From positions 15,684 through 79,683 of the forward strand of contig DATGEP010000201.1 in the NCBI GenBank assembly GCA_035310125.1: DNA of 64,000 bases, read 5' to 3'. The position numbers and the translations under genes are program-made. How positions within the stretch are numbered: the first letter of the stretch is position 1; every line of letters begins with the position of its first letter. The stretch is from Ktedonobacterales bacterium (lineage in GTDB: Bacteria > Chloroflexota > Ktedonobacteria > Ktedonobacterales > JADMIN01). Positions 21,849 through 31,514 of this stretch are shown piece after piece. Under the pieces are notes generated by a model. It made no database searches, was not told where the DNA came from, and was given only the letters and a program-made list of their open reading frames with translations.

Positions 21849-23294
21849 CTACGGGCGCTCTTGCAGCTCGGAAACGATAGCATCCATCCCAACGCCGAGC
21901 GACCCTTTCACCAATACCAGATCGCCTTTCGCAATGTTGTCGCGCACTGTTGCCGTCGCGGCGCCACGCGCCCGCGCCAGCTCATTGGTGTTTGCAAGGC
22001 TGGCGCAGAAGAGATGCACCCGACCAGCCGGCATGCCCGCCTGAAGTGCGGCGTCCGCAGTGGCCGTTACCTCAGTGCCGACCAGCACGAGCTCGTCTAC
22101 CGCCGCCGCTGCCGCGCGTCCAATCGCCGCGTGCTCCTCATGCGAGTACGTGCCTAGCTCCAGCATATCGCCAAAGACAAACCAGCGCCGGTTGCCCGCG
22201 CCGATCTTCGCGCCGTGCAGCAGCTCGAGCGCCGCCTTGGCGGACTGACGATTGGCATTATAGCTATCGTCTACCAGTGTCGCGCCATTGATCGCCTTCT
22301 TGATCTCGCCGCGTCGCTTCGCCGGGCGGATATCGCTCAGACCAGCCGCCGCGTCGGGAACGCTCATGCCGCAATTCAGCGCGACGGATGCGGCGGCCAG
22401 CGCCGTAGTGACGGCATGCTGGCCAGGTAGGCTCAGCCGGACGCGAGCATGCTGGCCAGCGTACGAGAGCGTGAAGCGCAGGCCAGTAAGCGGATCGCCC
22501 AGCACCCGCAGCGCCCGCACCATTGCCACGGGCCGGTGCCCATAGGTGACGACGCTGGCGTTCGTGCGTTTCGACATCGCGCGCACCACTTTATCGTCGT
22601 CGTTGAGGATGGCGACACCATCCGGCGACAGCGCCGCGACCGCTTCGCTCTCTGCCTCGGCGACGTTCGCCAGGCTGCCGAAGAACTCGAGATGCTCGGG
22701 GCCGACGACACTCACTACCGCGACATCCGGCGGCGCGACACGACACAGTCTGGCGATTTCACCGACCCACTGCGCGCCCATCTCCAGGACCGCGAATTTG
22801 TGCCGCGGATCGAGCCGCAGTAAGCTGAGCGGCAGGCCCGTCTCCGTATTGAGGTTGCCCAGCGTCTTGAGGGTCGGTGCGAGTTTTTCCAAAAGCGAAG
22901 CCGTCGCCTCCTTGACGCTAGTCTTGCCGTTGCTGCCAGTCACCGCGATGACGCGCGTGTATGGCTGACGGTGCAGGTGTTGTCGTGCCAGCCGGTGCAA
23001 TACATCCAGCGGATCGTTGACGATGAGTTGTGGTACGCCGCGTGCTGTCGCTTCCTCGCTCGGCGTGGCGCAGAGCACCGCCGCCGCGCCCGCCCGCACC
23101 GCCGCGCCGATGAAACGATGCCCGTCCGTCTGCGTGCCGCGTAGCGCGACGAACAGCTCGCCTGTCCGCACGTTCCGGCTATCCACCGCGCCACCCGCAA
23201 ATCGCAATGGCAGCAACCCGCCCACCGGCATGATTCCCGCTGCCGCGATCAGCTCATCTCGCGTAAACACCGACTGCGTCCTCCCCGCACTCAC
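21849..23294 (-). CDS. murF: UDP-N-acetylmuramoyl-tripeptide--D-alanyl-D-alanine ligase
   Basis: 481 aa with the Mur ligase P-loop VTGSNGKTS, the central domain and the C-terminal domain. Confidence 0.9.
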   Translation of the reverse strand: MSAGRTQSVFTRDELIAAAGIMPVGGLLPLRFAGGAVDSRNVRTGELFVALRGTQTDGHRFIGAAVRAGAAAVLCATPSEEATARGVPQLIVNDPLDVLHRLARQHLHRQPYTRVIAVTGSNGKTSVKEATASLLEKLAPTLKTLGNLNTETGLPLSLLRLDPRHKFAVLEMGAQWVGEIARLCRVAPPDVAVVSVVGPEHLEFFGSLANVAEAESEAVAALSPDGVAILNDDDKVVRAMSKRTNASVVTYGHRPVAMVRALRVLGDPLTGLRFTLSYAGQHARVRLSLPGQHAVTTALAAASVALNCGMSVPDAAAGLSDIRPAKRRGEIKKAINGATLVDDSYNANRQSAKAALELLHGAKIGAGNRRWFVFGDMLELGTYSHEEHAAIGRAAAAAVDELVLVGTEVTATADAALQAGMPAGRVHLFCASLANTNELARARGAATATVRDNIAKGDLVLVKGSLGVGMDAIVSELQERP

Positions 23295-23550
23295 TTCGTC
23301 CGCGAAACCATACGATCATTGTGCAGCCCAGCCCAAAAGCCCGCGCGCGATGAGGCCGGACCGATGCCAATCTTCCGTGTGGTGTCATCTCCTTCGACGT
23401 TCCAACAGCGGCAAAGTTGCACGAAGTGGAAAAGCGACCAGTAGGCATGCAGTCTCGCGACACGCTCTGTGGGGGTGGGATACCGCCCATGACCTCGACG
23501 CACTGGTAGGTGGCCGTCGCGGATAGAATGCGTGCAAACCCTTATATTGT

Positions 23551-24432
23551 CTATATCGTCGCCAGCCGCTCCATCACAAGCTGCCCCTCCGGCGTGGTGC
23601 CAGCCACCGCCGCTACAACATCCGTGGCGTCAATCGCGGCGCACCAGTCGAGATCACCGCTTAGGCCTACACGTACCGTAGCCCGCGCCGCGTCGGAAAT
23701 CGCCAGCGCGCCGCGCGCGTCCCCAGTCGCCACCACTTCGCTCGCGCTCGCCAGCGCGATGCGGGCGCCCTCATCCAATTCGAGCGCCGTTCCTCGCGCC
23801 GCCGCCTGCTGAAGTAGCTCCTGTGTAAGATAGCCCGCGCAGATCGTATCGTCGAACGCGGGGCGGTCGCCACGTCCAGAGCAAACGATGATGATATCAG
23901 GCTCGCGCTCCGCTAGCGCCGCTTCGGATGCGCTACCTGTCTCGCCCGCTTGCCAGCGAGATTCCAACAGCGCAGGCTGGGAGGCATTGTGGAGTGCGGC
24001 TGCGCAGACCGCGCGGGCGTTTCGCAGCGCGGCGGCATAGACGGCACGGCCTCCGACACAGGCCCGCAGGGCGTGCGTGCCGTTGGTCGTCGCGAATACG
24101 ATCTCTCTGTCAGTCACCTGTGCGTGTTCGAATTCCGCTGGTGAGTTCCCAAAGTCGAAGCCCACTGGAGCCACGCCGTCGGACTCGCCCGCGAGCAGCG
24201 CATCGTTCTCATTGGCATCTCGGTATGCCCGCGCCTCAGCGATGCTCGGTGCGATCAATACCCGCCGGACCCCACGCTCGAACATCACCGAGAGCGTCGT
24301 CGTCGCGCGAATGACATCCACGACGAGAAACGTCGTGCGGCGCCGTGCCTGGAGAGAAGACGCGACAAAAACTGGCGCCAGGCAGACGCCCAGAACCAGT
24401 GGCCTTCGTGATGCGGGCAGCGCGTTGTTCAC
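23551..24432 (-). CDS. comB: 2-phosphosulfolactate phosphatase family protein
   Basis: 293 aa with the ComB family signature VVDVIRATTT. The GTG start is preceded by GAAGGAGGAAG. Confidence 0.8.
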   Translation of the reverse strand: MNNALPASRRPLVLGVCLAPVFVASSLQARRRTTFLVVDVIRATTTLSVMFERGVRRVLIAPSIAEARAYRDANENDALLAGESDGVAPVGFDFGNSPAEFEHAQVTDREIVFATTNGTHALRACVGGRAVYAAALRNARAVCAAALHNASQPALLESRWQAGETGSASEAALAEREPDIIIVCSGRGDRPAFDDTICAGYLTQELLQQAAARGTALELDEGARIALASASEVVATGDARGALAISDAARATVRVGLSGDLDWCAAIDATDVVAAVAGTTPEGQLVMERLATI

Positions 24433-24821
24433 AGTGGCTTCCTCCTTCTAACTACGATTAATTGTAAACGGTGCCGCGGCGTTCTCACCTTCGGTGCTAC
24501 TTCCATAGGTGCCGGCCCGTATACATGAGTGCGCGATGTACGCGATTGGGCGCCGCTTCTGGTTCCGTCGCGTGACTGGCAGGCATGTAGTGGGCGTGGT
24601 AGCATGTTCAAGTGCGGCCAAAACAGAAATGCACGCCCGGTATGGCGCTTTCTGCGAGTAAAGACTGGAATGGGTAAGGAGAGGAAGTACGCTTCGTCGC
24701 GGTGGCGCGCCACGTGCCGCCAGACGGTAGGGGGCGGTGTTCACGCCCGGTGGCGGGCCGGTTCGTTCCGGCTCGCTTGCTGGCTCGTGCGATGCCGCCC
24801 TGGAACCGAGGGGAAGCAGCT

Positions 24822-25301
24822 ATGATGCATCGAGGTCATACCCCAGCCTCACGGTTGGGTTCGGCTGAGAGTGAGAGACGAGTGCGGGCGACGCTGTTCT
24901 TGCCCCGATTGACGGTGGATGACGGCGCCTGGCTCGCATGTACCCTACCCGCGCTGCAACACCACGCGCGACCGGAGCCGCTGGCTGTTCGCGTGGAGGA
25001 CATCTCGCTGCGCTACCGCTCGGGTCGCCTGGGCATTGCTGACGCACTCGACGCGACCGCGTCGCTGCTTCAAGCTTTCGTCGCCGCGGGTGCCTCGCTT
25101 GAACGGCGTGGTGAGTGGTACATCGCCGACGATGACGAGGATGACGACGACGAGCTATTCGATCCAGACCGGCCCGCCGGCCTGCGGCATGCCCCTGAGC
25201 ACGACCTGCTGGTCAGTGCGCGCGTGATGGTGGACGCCGCTGGCGACGACGCGGGCGCCGCCGCGCTCTATTGGGCGGTGTTGGCGCTGGCGAGCGCATG
25301 A
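24822..25301 (+). CDS. hypothetical protein with an acidic tract (DDDEDDDDE)
   Basis: The ATG at 24822 is preceded by GAGGGGA. There is no recognisable domain, and the coding call rests only on ORF length and the Shine-Dalgarno sequence. Confidence 0.4.
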   Translation: MMHRGHTPASRLGSAESERRVRATLFLPRLTVDDGAWLACTLPALQHHARPEPLAVRVEDISLRYRSGRLGIADALDATASLLQAFVAAGASLERRGEWYIADDDEDDDDELFDPDRPAGLRHAPEHDLLVSARVMVDAAGDDAGAAALYWAVLALASA

Positions 25302-25405
25302 GCTAGTGGCTAAGTGTCCCACTTCGAGGAAATATCGCGGGCGCTCTGGTGGATACGCCAGCAGCGCCCGCGATATCGCTACGCTACAGCGGGAGGAATC
25401 TTATT

Positions 25406-26221
25406 GTGCGTGTAGTCATCTGGGTAGACATGGAAGGTATCGCGGGCATTGAAACCTGGGAGCAGGTGACAGGCGGCAATCCGCAATACGAGGAAGGGCG
25501 GCGCCTGATGACCGGCGAGGTGAACGCAGCCGTGCGCGGCGCGAAGGCTGCTGGCGCCGACGACATCATTGTGATTGATTGCCACGGCGCGGGCGGCTCC
25601 TACAATTTCAAGAGCCTCATCCCCGATCGCCTGGAGCGCGGCGCATCGTACGTCCTGGGCCACGCCTGGTGCCGCTACATCGAGCCGCTCAAGCAGGGTT
25701 GCGATGCGTCTCTGCTCGTCGGTGCGCACGCGATGGCCGGTACCCCCGACGGCGTGATGTGCCACACAGTGAGTAGTGAAGCGTGGTACAACGCTCGCAT
25801 CAACGACCAGCTTGTCGGCGAGAGCGGCATCGAAGCGGCCATCTGCGGCACCTTCGGCGTCCCTATCGTCTTCGTCGCGGGCGATGAGTCCACCTGCCGC
25901 GAGGTGACGGAGCTGCTTGGCTCCAGGGTCGTAACCGCGCCCGTGAAGGAAGGCCTGGGGCGCTACTCTGCGCGGACGCTCAGCCATGCCGGCGCCTGCG
26001 ACCTCATCGAGGAACGGGTGCGCCAGGCGCTCAGCACACGTGATTGGCCCGCGCCCTTCGTGCCCGCCAGTCCGATGACATTCACCGTGGAGCTAGCGGC
26101 GCCAGATCACGCGCTCGCCTACCAGGGCCGTCCCGGCGTGGAAATCGTTGATCCGCGCAAGGTGGTGGCACGCGGTGATACCTTCTGGGAGCTGTGGGAT
26201 CGCTTCTGGTATCGCGTTTAG
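25406..26221 (+). CDS. M55 family D-aminopeptidase (DppA-like)
   Basis: The N-terminus VRVVIWVDMEGIAGI is typical of peptidase M55. GTG 25406 lies 7 nt after GGGAGGAA. Confidence 0.85.
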   Translation: MRVVIWVDMEGIAGIETWEQVTGGNPQYEEGRRLMTGEVNAAVRGAKAAGADDIIVIDCHGAGGSYNFKSLIPDRLERGASYVLGHAWCRYIEPLKQGCDASLLVGAHAMAGTPDGVMCHTVSSEAWYNARINDQLVGESGIEAAICGTFGVPIVFVAGDESTCREVTELLGSRVVTAPVKEGLGRYSARTLSHAGACDLIEERVRQALSTRDWPAPFVPASPMTFTVELAAPDHALAYQGRPGVEIVDPRKVVARGDTFWELWDRFWYRV

Positions 26222-26225
26222 GACC

Positions 26226-26996
26226 TCACTCCATCACTTTCAGTAATCCCGCCGCGAGCAAGTGATGGACATCATTCAACGCCAGGAGCATAAAACGAGC
26301 GCTCTTGACGCGCACAATGGAGACGGACGTGTTGGCGGCAGGAAAGAAGTAATCGTTCGTGAGGCCCAGCATCGCCGCGATGTACGCATTGATCGCCCCC
26401 GCGTGGCTGACGACCGCGATACGCTCGCCCGGATGCCGCCGCGCGAGGCCGTCAATCGCCGCCGTGACGCGGGCACGCAGCCGGGCCGACGGCTCAGAGC
26501 CGGGAATGCTGCTCCAGCTTCCCGTCGTCACGGCAATTGCCGCGATTTCCCCAAGTCGCTGCCGCAACATCTTCGATAGCTCTGCTTGCGAGATGCCGCT
26601 GTTCAGGTCTGGGCCGATGGGGCCAAGCTCCACTTCGCGTAGCTCGTGCTCTATGCGTACCTCCAGACCATGACCAGTGGCCACCGCTGCCGCGGTTTCG
26701 CGCGCACGGCCAATGGGGCTGCTGTACACCGCCGCAACTGGCACTCCACGCATGCGCGCGCCCAGCGCCTCCGCCTGCCGCCTTCCCACCTCACTCAGCG
26801 CTTGCTCGTCGTAGCCGCCATCGGCCACTTCCTCCGCGCCGGGCAACGCGTCGGCGTGCCGGATGAGATAGATCTCGGTGCCGCCACGCTTCAAGCTCAG
26901 AAATGGATCGGCAGTGGCTCGCTCAGGCGTGGCTTCCGCCGGTTCCGCCTCGGGATGCTGAATTTCATCCGACATGGATTGTCTATATCTCTCCAT
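26226..26996 (-). CDS. histidine phosphatase family protein (phosphoglycerate mutase-like)
   Basis: It carries the RHG-type motif EIYLIRHADA and a distal H (VVSHAG). Confidence 0.8.
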   Translation of the reverse strand: MERYRQSMSDEIQHPEAEPAEATPERATADPFLSLKRGGTEIYLIRHADALPGAEEVADGGYDEQALSEVGRRQAEALGARMRGVPVAAVYSSPIGRARETAAAVATGHGLEVRIEHELREVELGPIGPDLNSGISQAELSKMLRQRLGEIAAIAVTTGSWSSIPGSEPSARLRARVTAAIDGLARRHPGERIAVVSHAGAINAYIAAMLGLTNDYFFPAANTSVSIVRVKSARFMLLALNDVHHLLAAGLLKVME

Positions 26997-27127
26997 TGTT
27001 CACGGCTCTCAGGAGCCGAAATGCGCATCGAGAGTCTCGTCTCCCTTGTTCGCTGTCGCGCCAGCGGGACAACCACATACCGCCCCAGAGCGCCGGCAGC
27101 TGCTCGCCGCGAGCATCTCACCCCGCG

Positions 27128-28180
27128 TCACAAGGTGAAGGTAATCTCTCCGTCGCAGACCGCCAGCGCCCGGCGCGCCAGCGCTGGTATGCCTTCGTCG
27201 AGCGTAGCGAAGAACGGATCATCCGTTGTCCCCGCCAGGTGGCGCTTGTAGCTGCCCTCCAGCAGGATCGCCAGCTTCCAAATCGCCAGCGCCACGTAGA
27301 AGGAAACCGCATCCATCCGTCGCCCCGTGCGCTCGGCGTAGCGCGCCACAAGCGCCGCACGGGTGGGAAACCCCGGCGCCTCCGTGACGCGCCACGCGGC
27401 ATCCATCATAGCAAAGTGCGGGTCGCCCGGCTCGCGCCAGAACGAGAGCAGGTAGCCCAGGTCCGCGAGCGGATCGCCCAGTGTAGCCATCTCCCAATCG
27501 AAGATAGCCGCGATGCGCACGGGCAGATCCCGCGCATACATCACATTGTCGAGCCGGTAGTCACCATGCACGATAGTGGCAGGGCCGGATTCCGGAACGT
27601 GTGCCTGGAGCCACGCCGTTACGCAGTCGAGATCGGGCAACGGGCGATTACGCGAGGCGTCAAGCTGGCCGGTCCAGCGGCGTATCTGTCGCTCCAGGTA
27701 ACCGCTGGGTTTGCCGAAATCTTCCAACCCGACTGCCTGCCAGTCCACCGCGTGTAGATCGGCTAGTCGGTCCACCAGCGCGCGGCCAAGCGCCGCCCGC
27801 GCCTCCGCGTCTTCCACGGCGAAAGGCGGCAGCTCGGTGCGAATCACGTACCCGTGGACCCGCTCCATAAGGTAGAACGGCGCACCCAAAACGCCGATGT
27901 CCTCACAAAAGAGGAGCGGACGCGGCACGGGCACGCTCGTCTGCGAGAGCGCCGCCAGTACGCGATATTCCCGCCCCACATCGTGCGCCGTCGGTAACAG
28001 CGGGCCGCGCGGTGGGCGGCGCAGCACCCACTGCTGGACGCCGCGCGTCACGAAAAACGTCTCGTTCGAGTGGCCGCCGCGAATACGCTCAATCTGTAAC
28101 GGCTCGCCACCGCCTGGAATCTGCACGGCGAGATACGCGGCGAGCGCATCGGGATCTACCAGCGGAGGCAATATGCTCAT
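27128..28180 (-). CDS. APH/ChoK-like phosphotransferase of the type fused to ACAD10/11
   Basis: From the internal ATG at 28180 it reads MSILPPLVDPDALAAYL...IRGGHSNETFFV...VLRRPPRGPLLPTAHDVGREYRVL...IVHGDYRLDNV. Its ATG overlaps the upstream acyl-CoA dehydrogenase stop (ATGA 28177-28180). Confidence 0.85.
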   Translation of the reverse strand: MSILPPLVDPDALAAYLAVQIPGGGEPLQIERIRGGHSNETFFVTRGVQQWVLRRPPRGPLLPTAHDVGREYRVLAALSQTSVPVPRPLLFCEDIGVLGAPFYLMERVHGYVIRTELPPFAVEDAEARAALGRALVDRLADLHAVDWQAVGLEDFGKPSGYLERQIRRWTGQLDASRNRPLPDLDCVTAWLQAHVPESGPATIVHGDYRLDNVMYARDLPVRIAAIFDWEMATLGDPLADLGYLLSFWREPGDPHFAMMDAAWRVTEAPGFPTRAALVARYAERTGRRMDAVSFYVALAIWKLAILLEGSYKRHLAGTTDDPFFATLDEGIPALARRALAVCDGEITFTL

Positions 28181-29400
28181 TCCTCGCCTCCGTGAGTATG
28201 CGCCGGTTTCTCTGTGTGTGCCGCTTTGAGCACGTGCCGGGCAATGACCATACGATGCACCTCCGACGGGCCATCGTAGATGCGGAAAGGGCGGGCATTG
28301 CGATAGAACGCCGCCAGTGGCAGATCCGTCGAGACGCCATGCGATCCACAGATTTGCAGGGCGCGGTCCACCACACGGTTGACCATCTCGGCAACGTAGG
28401 TCTTCGCCATCGAAGTCTCGTGTCGCGCCTGCCCGCCGCTGTCCAGCACCCACGCCGCATGCCAGTTCATGAGCCGCGCCGCGTGAATTTCCATCGCCGA
28501 GTCCGCGAGCATCGCTTGCACCATCTGATGCTCGCCCAGGCGCTTGCCGAAGCTCGTTCGCTCATTGGCGTACTCTGCGGCGACCTCTAACGCTCGCTGT
28601 GCGACGCCGAGCCACCGCATGCAGTGCGTCAACCGTGCTGGCGCGAGCCGCACCTGTGCATACTTGAAGCCCTCGCCAGCCTTACCTAGCACGGCATCGT
28701 CGCGTACGACGCAATCGCGAAAGGCGACTTCGCAGTGACCACCGACGAAACCGGCATCGAGCGAGGGTATCTGGCGCACGATGCGCATGCCAGGATTATC
28801 GGCATCCACCAGAAACATCGTTGCCCGCGCCTGTCCAGTCACACCATCACCCACTCCGGGGGTCAGCGCCATGCAGATTGCGAAGGCCGCGCCATCCGCG
28901 CCACTGATGTACCACTTGTCGCCATTGATGACCCACGTGTCTTCGCGCCGCTCAGCGGAGGTGCGCAGCATCGCTGGATCGGCGCCCGCGCCGGGGTGCG
29001 GCTCCGTCATGGCGAAGCACGAGCGGATGCTGCCGTCCACAAGTGGGCGCAGATACTGCTCCTTCTGTCGCTCGCTCGCCACGACCTCCAGCAGGTGCAT
29101 ATTGCCTTCGTCCGGTGCGGAGCAATTCATCGCTAGTGGCCCTAGCATACTGCGCCCGGCCTCCTCGAAAACGACGCACATATCGCGCATATTCAAGCCG
29201 AGCCCGCCCCACTCCTCGGGCATGTGTGGGGCGTAGATGCCAGCCTCACGCGCCTTCGTCCGCAGCGCATTCAAACGCTCCGGAGGCAGACCATCGTGAT
29301 CGTTGACATGAGGCTCCTCAGGGATGACCTCATCGCGGACGAAGGCGGCGACGCGACGGCGCAGATCTTCAAGCTCCGGCGAGATGGTGAAATCAAACAT
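28177..29400 (-). CDS. acyl-CoA dehydrogenase, FadE2/ACAD10-11-like
   Basis: From ATG 29400 (GGGAGG upstream) it reads MFDFTISPELEDLRRRV...CFAMTEP...RIYDGPSEVH, the typical ACAD fold. Confidence 0.9.
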   Translation of the reverse strand: MFDFTISPELEDLRRRVAAFVRDEVIPEEPHVNDHDGLPPERLNALRTKAREAGIYAPHMPEEWGGLGLNMRDMCVVFEEAGRSMLGPLAMNCSAPDEGNMHLLEVVASERQKEQYLRPLVDGSIRSCFAMTEPHPGAGADPAMLRTSAERREDTWVINGDKWYISGADGAAFAICMALTPGVGDGVTGQARATMFLVDADNPGMRIVRQIPSLDAGFVGGHCEVAFRDCVVRDDAVLGKAGEGFKYAQVRLAPARLTHCMRWLGVAQRALEVAAEYANERTSFGKRLGEHQMVQAMLADSAMEIHAARLMNWHAAWVLDSGGQARHETSMAKTYVAEMVNRVVDRALQICGSHGVSTDLPLAAFYRNARPFRIYDGPSEVHRMVIARHVLKAAHTEKPAHTHGGEE

Positions 29401-29659
29401 GCGGCCTCCCATTCTCCCTTTCGGTCCAGTGCGGCGGCGTAAGTACGAACAGTATACGCCCGATGAGGAGAGATGAGAGGTGAAAGCGATCTTTCGGTCA
29501 AGCGCGTTCCGGTACACACCCGCGCGACAGCTCGACACCACGCACACGCAGAATCGCGTCCATGCGACTTCGCCCTGCCATTTGAATCGAAGCAGCCCCG
29601 CGCTCGCGTGACGAGCGCCTGGGAGTCGTCAGCTCACGGCCCCAGGCGCTACCCCAACG

Positions 29660-30037
29660 CTACGGCTGCTTCCTGCGCACCTTCGGAACCGCCGTGACAG
29701 TTGGCTGAGCATGTTCCGCTGGCAGCGTATCCACATATGCTTCCAGCGCGGCGCGATCCTCAGGTGAAAGGGTCAAGTCGAACTCGCGCTCCAGCCGGCC
29801 CTTCTTCAACGCCGGCTCCCAACAGGAGCGCCGGGCGCAAATATAGGCGCCGCGTCCAGACTTCTTGCCCGTGGGGTCCAACACAACATGACCGTCCGGC
29901 GTGCGGACCACCCGAATCAGCTCGCGCTTGGGCCTCACCTCTTTACAGGCGATGCACGTGCGCTCCGGCACGTGGCGTACCTTCGGCTGCGGCTTGCGTT
30001 TTCGCGCGGCGTTCTGTGGAGCAATTCCCTCCGGCAT
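29660..30037 (-). CDS. ylxR: YlxR/DUF448 family RNA-binding protein
   Basis: It reads ERTCIACKEVRPKRELIRVV...GRGAYIC and lies immediately downstream of nusA. Confidence 0.85.
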   Translation of the reverse strand: MPEGIAPQNAARKRKPQPKVRHVPERTCIACKEVRPKRELIRVVRTPDGHVVLDPTGKKSGRGAYICARRSCWEPALKKGRLEREFDLTLSPEDRAALEAYVDTLPAEHAQPTVTAVPKVRRKQP

Positions 30038-30040
30038 AGA

Positions 30041-31141
30041 TTATCCCTCCGCACGCGCTTGTGGCGCCTCGACGGTCGGCGCCTCAGGTATCATGGCGTC
30101 CTCCGGCCGCTCAGTGGGCCGCGCCACGTCCACCCGCCAGCCAGTAAGGCGCGCGGCCAGGCGCGCGTTCTGCCCATCCTTCCCGATGGCGAGCGAAAGC
30201 TGCCGCTCCGGCACGGTGACCACCGCCGTCTTGTCGGCCTCGCGCAGCTCGACATTCAGCGGCTTGACCGGACTCAGCGCGTTGGAGACGAACTGCGCAG
30301 GGTCCGGATTCCACTGAATGATGTCAATCTTCTCGCCGTTGAGCTCATTGACGATATTATTGATGCGCGTGCCCCGGACGCCAACGCAGGCGCCGATAGG
30401 ATCAATGCCCTCCTGCCGCGCCCAGACGGCGACCTTCGAGCGGCTGCCTGGCTCACGGGCGATGGCCTTGATCTCGACCTGCCCGCTGTAGATTTCCGGT
30501 ACCTCTAACTCAAAGAGCCGCTTGATGATGTTGCGGTGCGTTCGCGAGACAAGCGCCTGCACGCCGCGCCCACCACCCCGCTTGAGGTCGTAGACGTACA
30601 CGCGGAGCCGCTGATTCTGGTGCAGGCGTTCTCCAGGTAGCTGCTCTTTGTATTCAAGCACGCCTTCAATCTTGCCCAGGTCCACCACCCACGCATCTTT
30701 ACCGCGCTCGTCGCGGCGTACGACGGTACCCATGACAAGATCGTCGAGCTGCTCCTTATACGACTCGAAGAGATGATCCTGCTCCGCCTCGCGAATGCGC
30801 TGCAGAATAATCTGTTTCGCGGTCTGCGCCGGAATCTTATTGAAAATCTGCGGTGAGTCCACTTCCATATATTGACCGAGCGCGGCGTGCGGGTCGGCTT
30901 GCTGCGCCTCCGCGAGGGAAAATTCCTCTGCTGAGTTGCTCACCTGTGCCACCACGCGCTTCGTCGCCCACACATGGACGTCTCCGTTGCGCTCGACCTC
31001 GATGCGCACGTTCTCACCGCCGCCAATGCTCTTGCGATATGCGGCCAGGAGCGCACCGGCAACCGCCTCCATCACTTTGTCCTGTGGCAGTCCCTTCTCA
31101 TGAATCAGTTGAGCGATGGCCGACTGAAATTCTGTCAACAT
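30041..31141 (-). CDS. nusA: transcription termination/antitermination factor NusA
   Basis: From the internal ATG at 31141 it reads [19 protein letters not shown], followed by S1 and two KH domains ([35 protein letters not shown]). Confidence 0.95.
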   Translation of the reverse strand: MLTEFQSAIAQLIHEKGLPQDKVMEAVAGALLAAYRKSIGGGENVRIEVERNGDVHVWATKRVVAQVSNSAEEFSLAEAQQADPHAALGQYMEVDSPQIFNKIPAQTAKQIILQRIREAEQDHLFESYKEQLDDLVMGTVVRRDERGKDAWVVDLGKIEGVLEYKEQLPGERLHQNQRLRVYVYDLKRGGGRGVQALVSRTHRNIIKRLFELEVPEIYSGQVEIKAIAREPGSRSKVAVWARQEGIDPIGACVGVRGTRINNIVNELNGEKIDIIQWNPDPAQFVSNALSPVKPLNVELREADKTAVVTVPERQLSLAIGKDGQNARLAARLTGWRVDVARPTERPEDAMIPEAPTVEAPQARAEG

Positions 31142-31426
31142 GTGCGTACCCCTCCCAGCTTGCGCTGGCAAGCTCCTTCGCGCTGCAACCCCAGGAACCA
31201 GCAAAACAGATATGGCGAAGGCGTGAGATTGCCCCACGCCTCAACCGCGCAACTTCAATGATGATGGCGCCCGTGCCTTCGAACATGGCCGAGCGGAAAC
31301 GTGTGATGCTCCAACACCCCAACAACGCGAAAAGTGGGCAATGACCCACTTCTCGGCAGACGCTCTCGGTTCTGTCTCAGTATACCACCAAATGCGATTG
31401 TGTAGCAAGACGGCGACAATACATGT

Positions 31427-31456
31427 TTGACGCTCTTTCATAGCGGCACGTATAAT
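31427..31456 (+). promoter_or_regulatory. sigma-70-like promoter candidate for the acyl-CoA dehydrogenase gene
   Basis: TTGACG (31427-31432), an 18-nt spacer, then TATAAT (31451-31456). It lies 59 nt upstream of ATG 31515, which has an AAAGGAG Shine-Dalgarno sequence. Confidence 0.45.
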
Positions 31457-31514
31457 CGGGAAAGTGCCCGGTTCTCTCTCATCTCGCGCTGGGTGATCCG
31501 CAAAGGAGCGTGTT

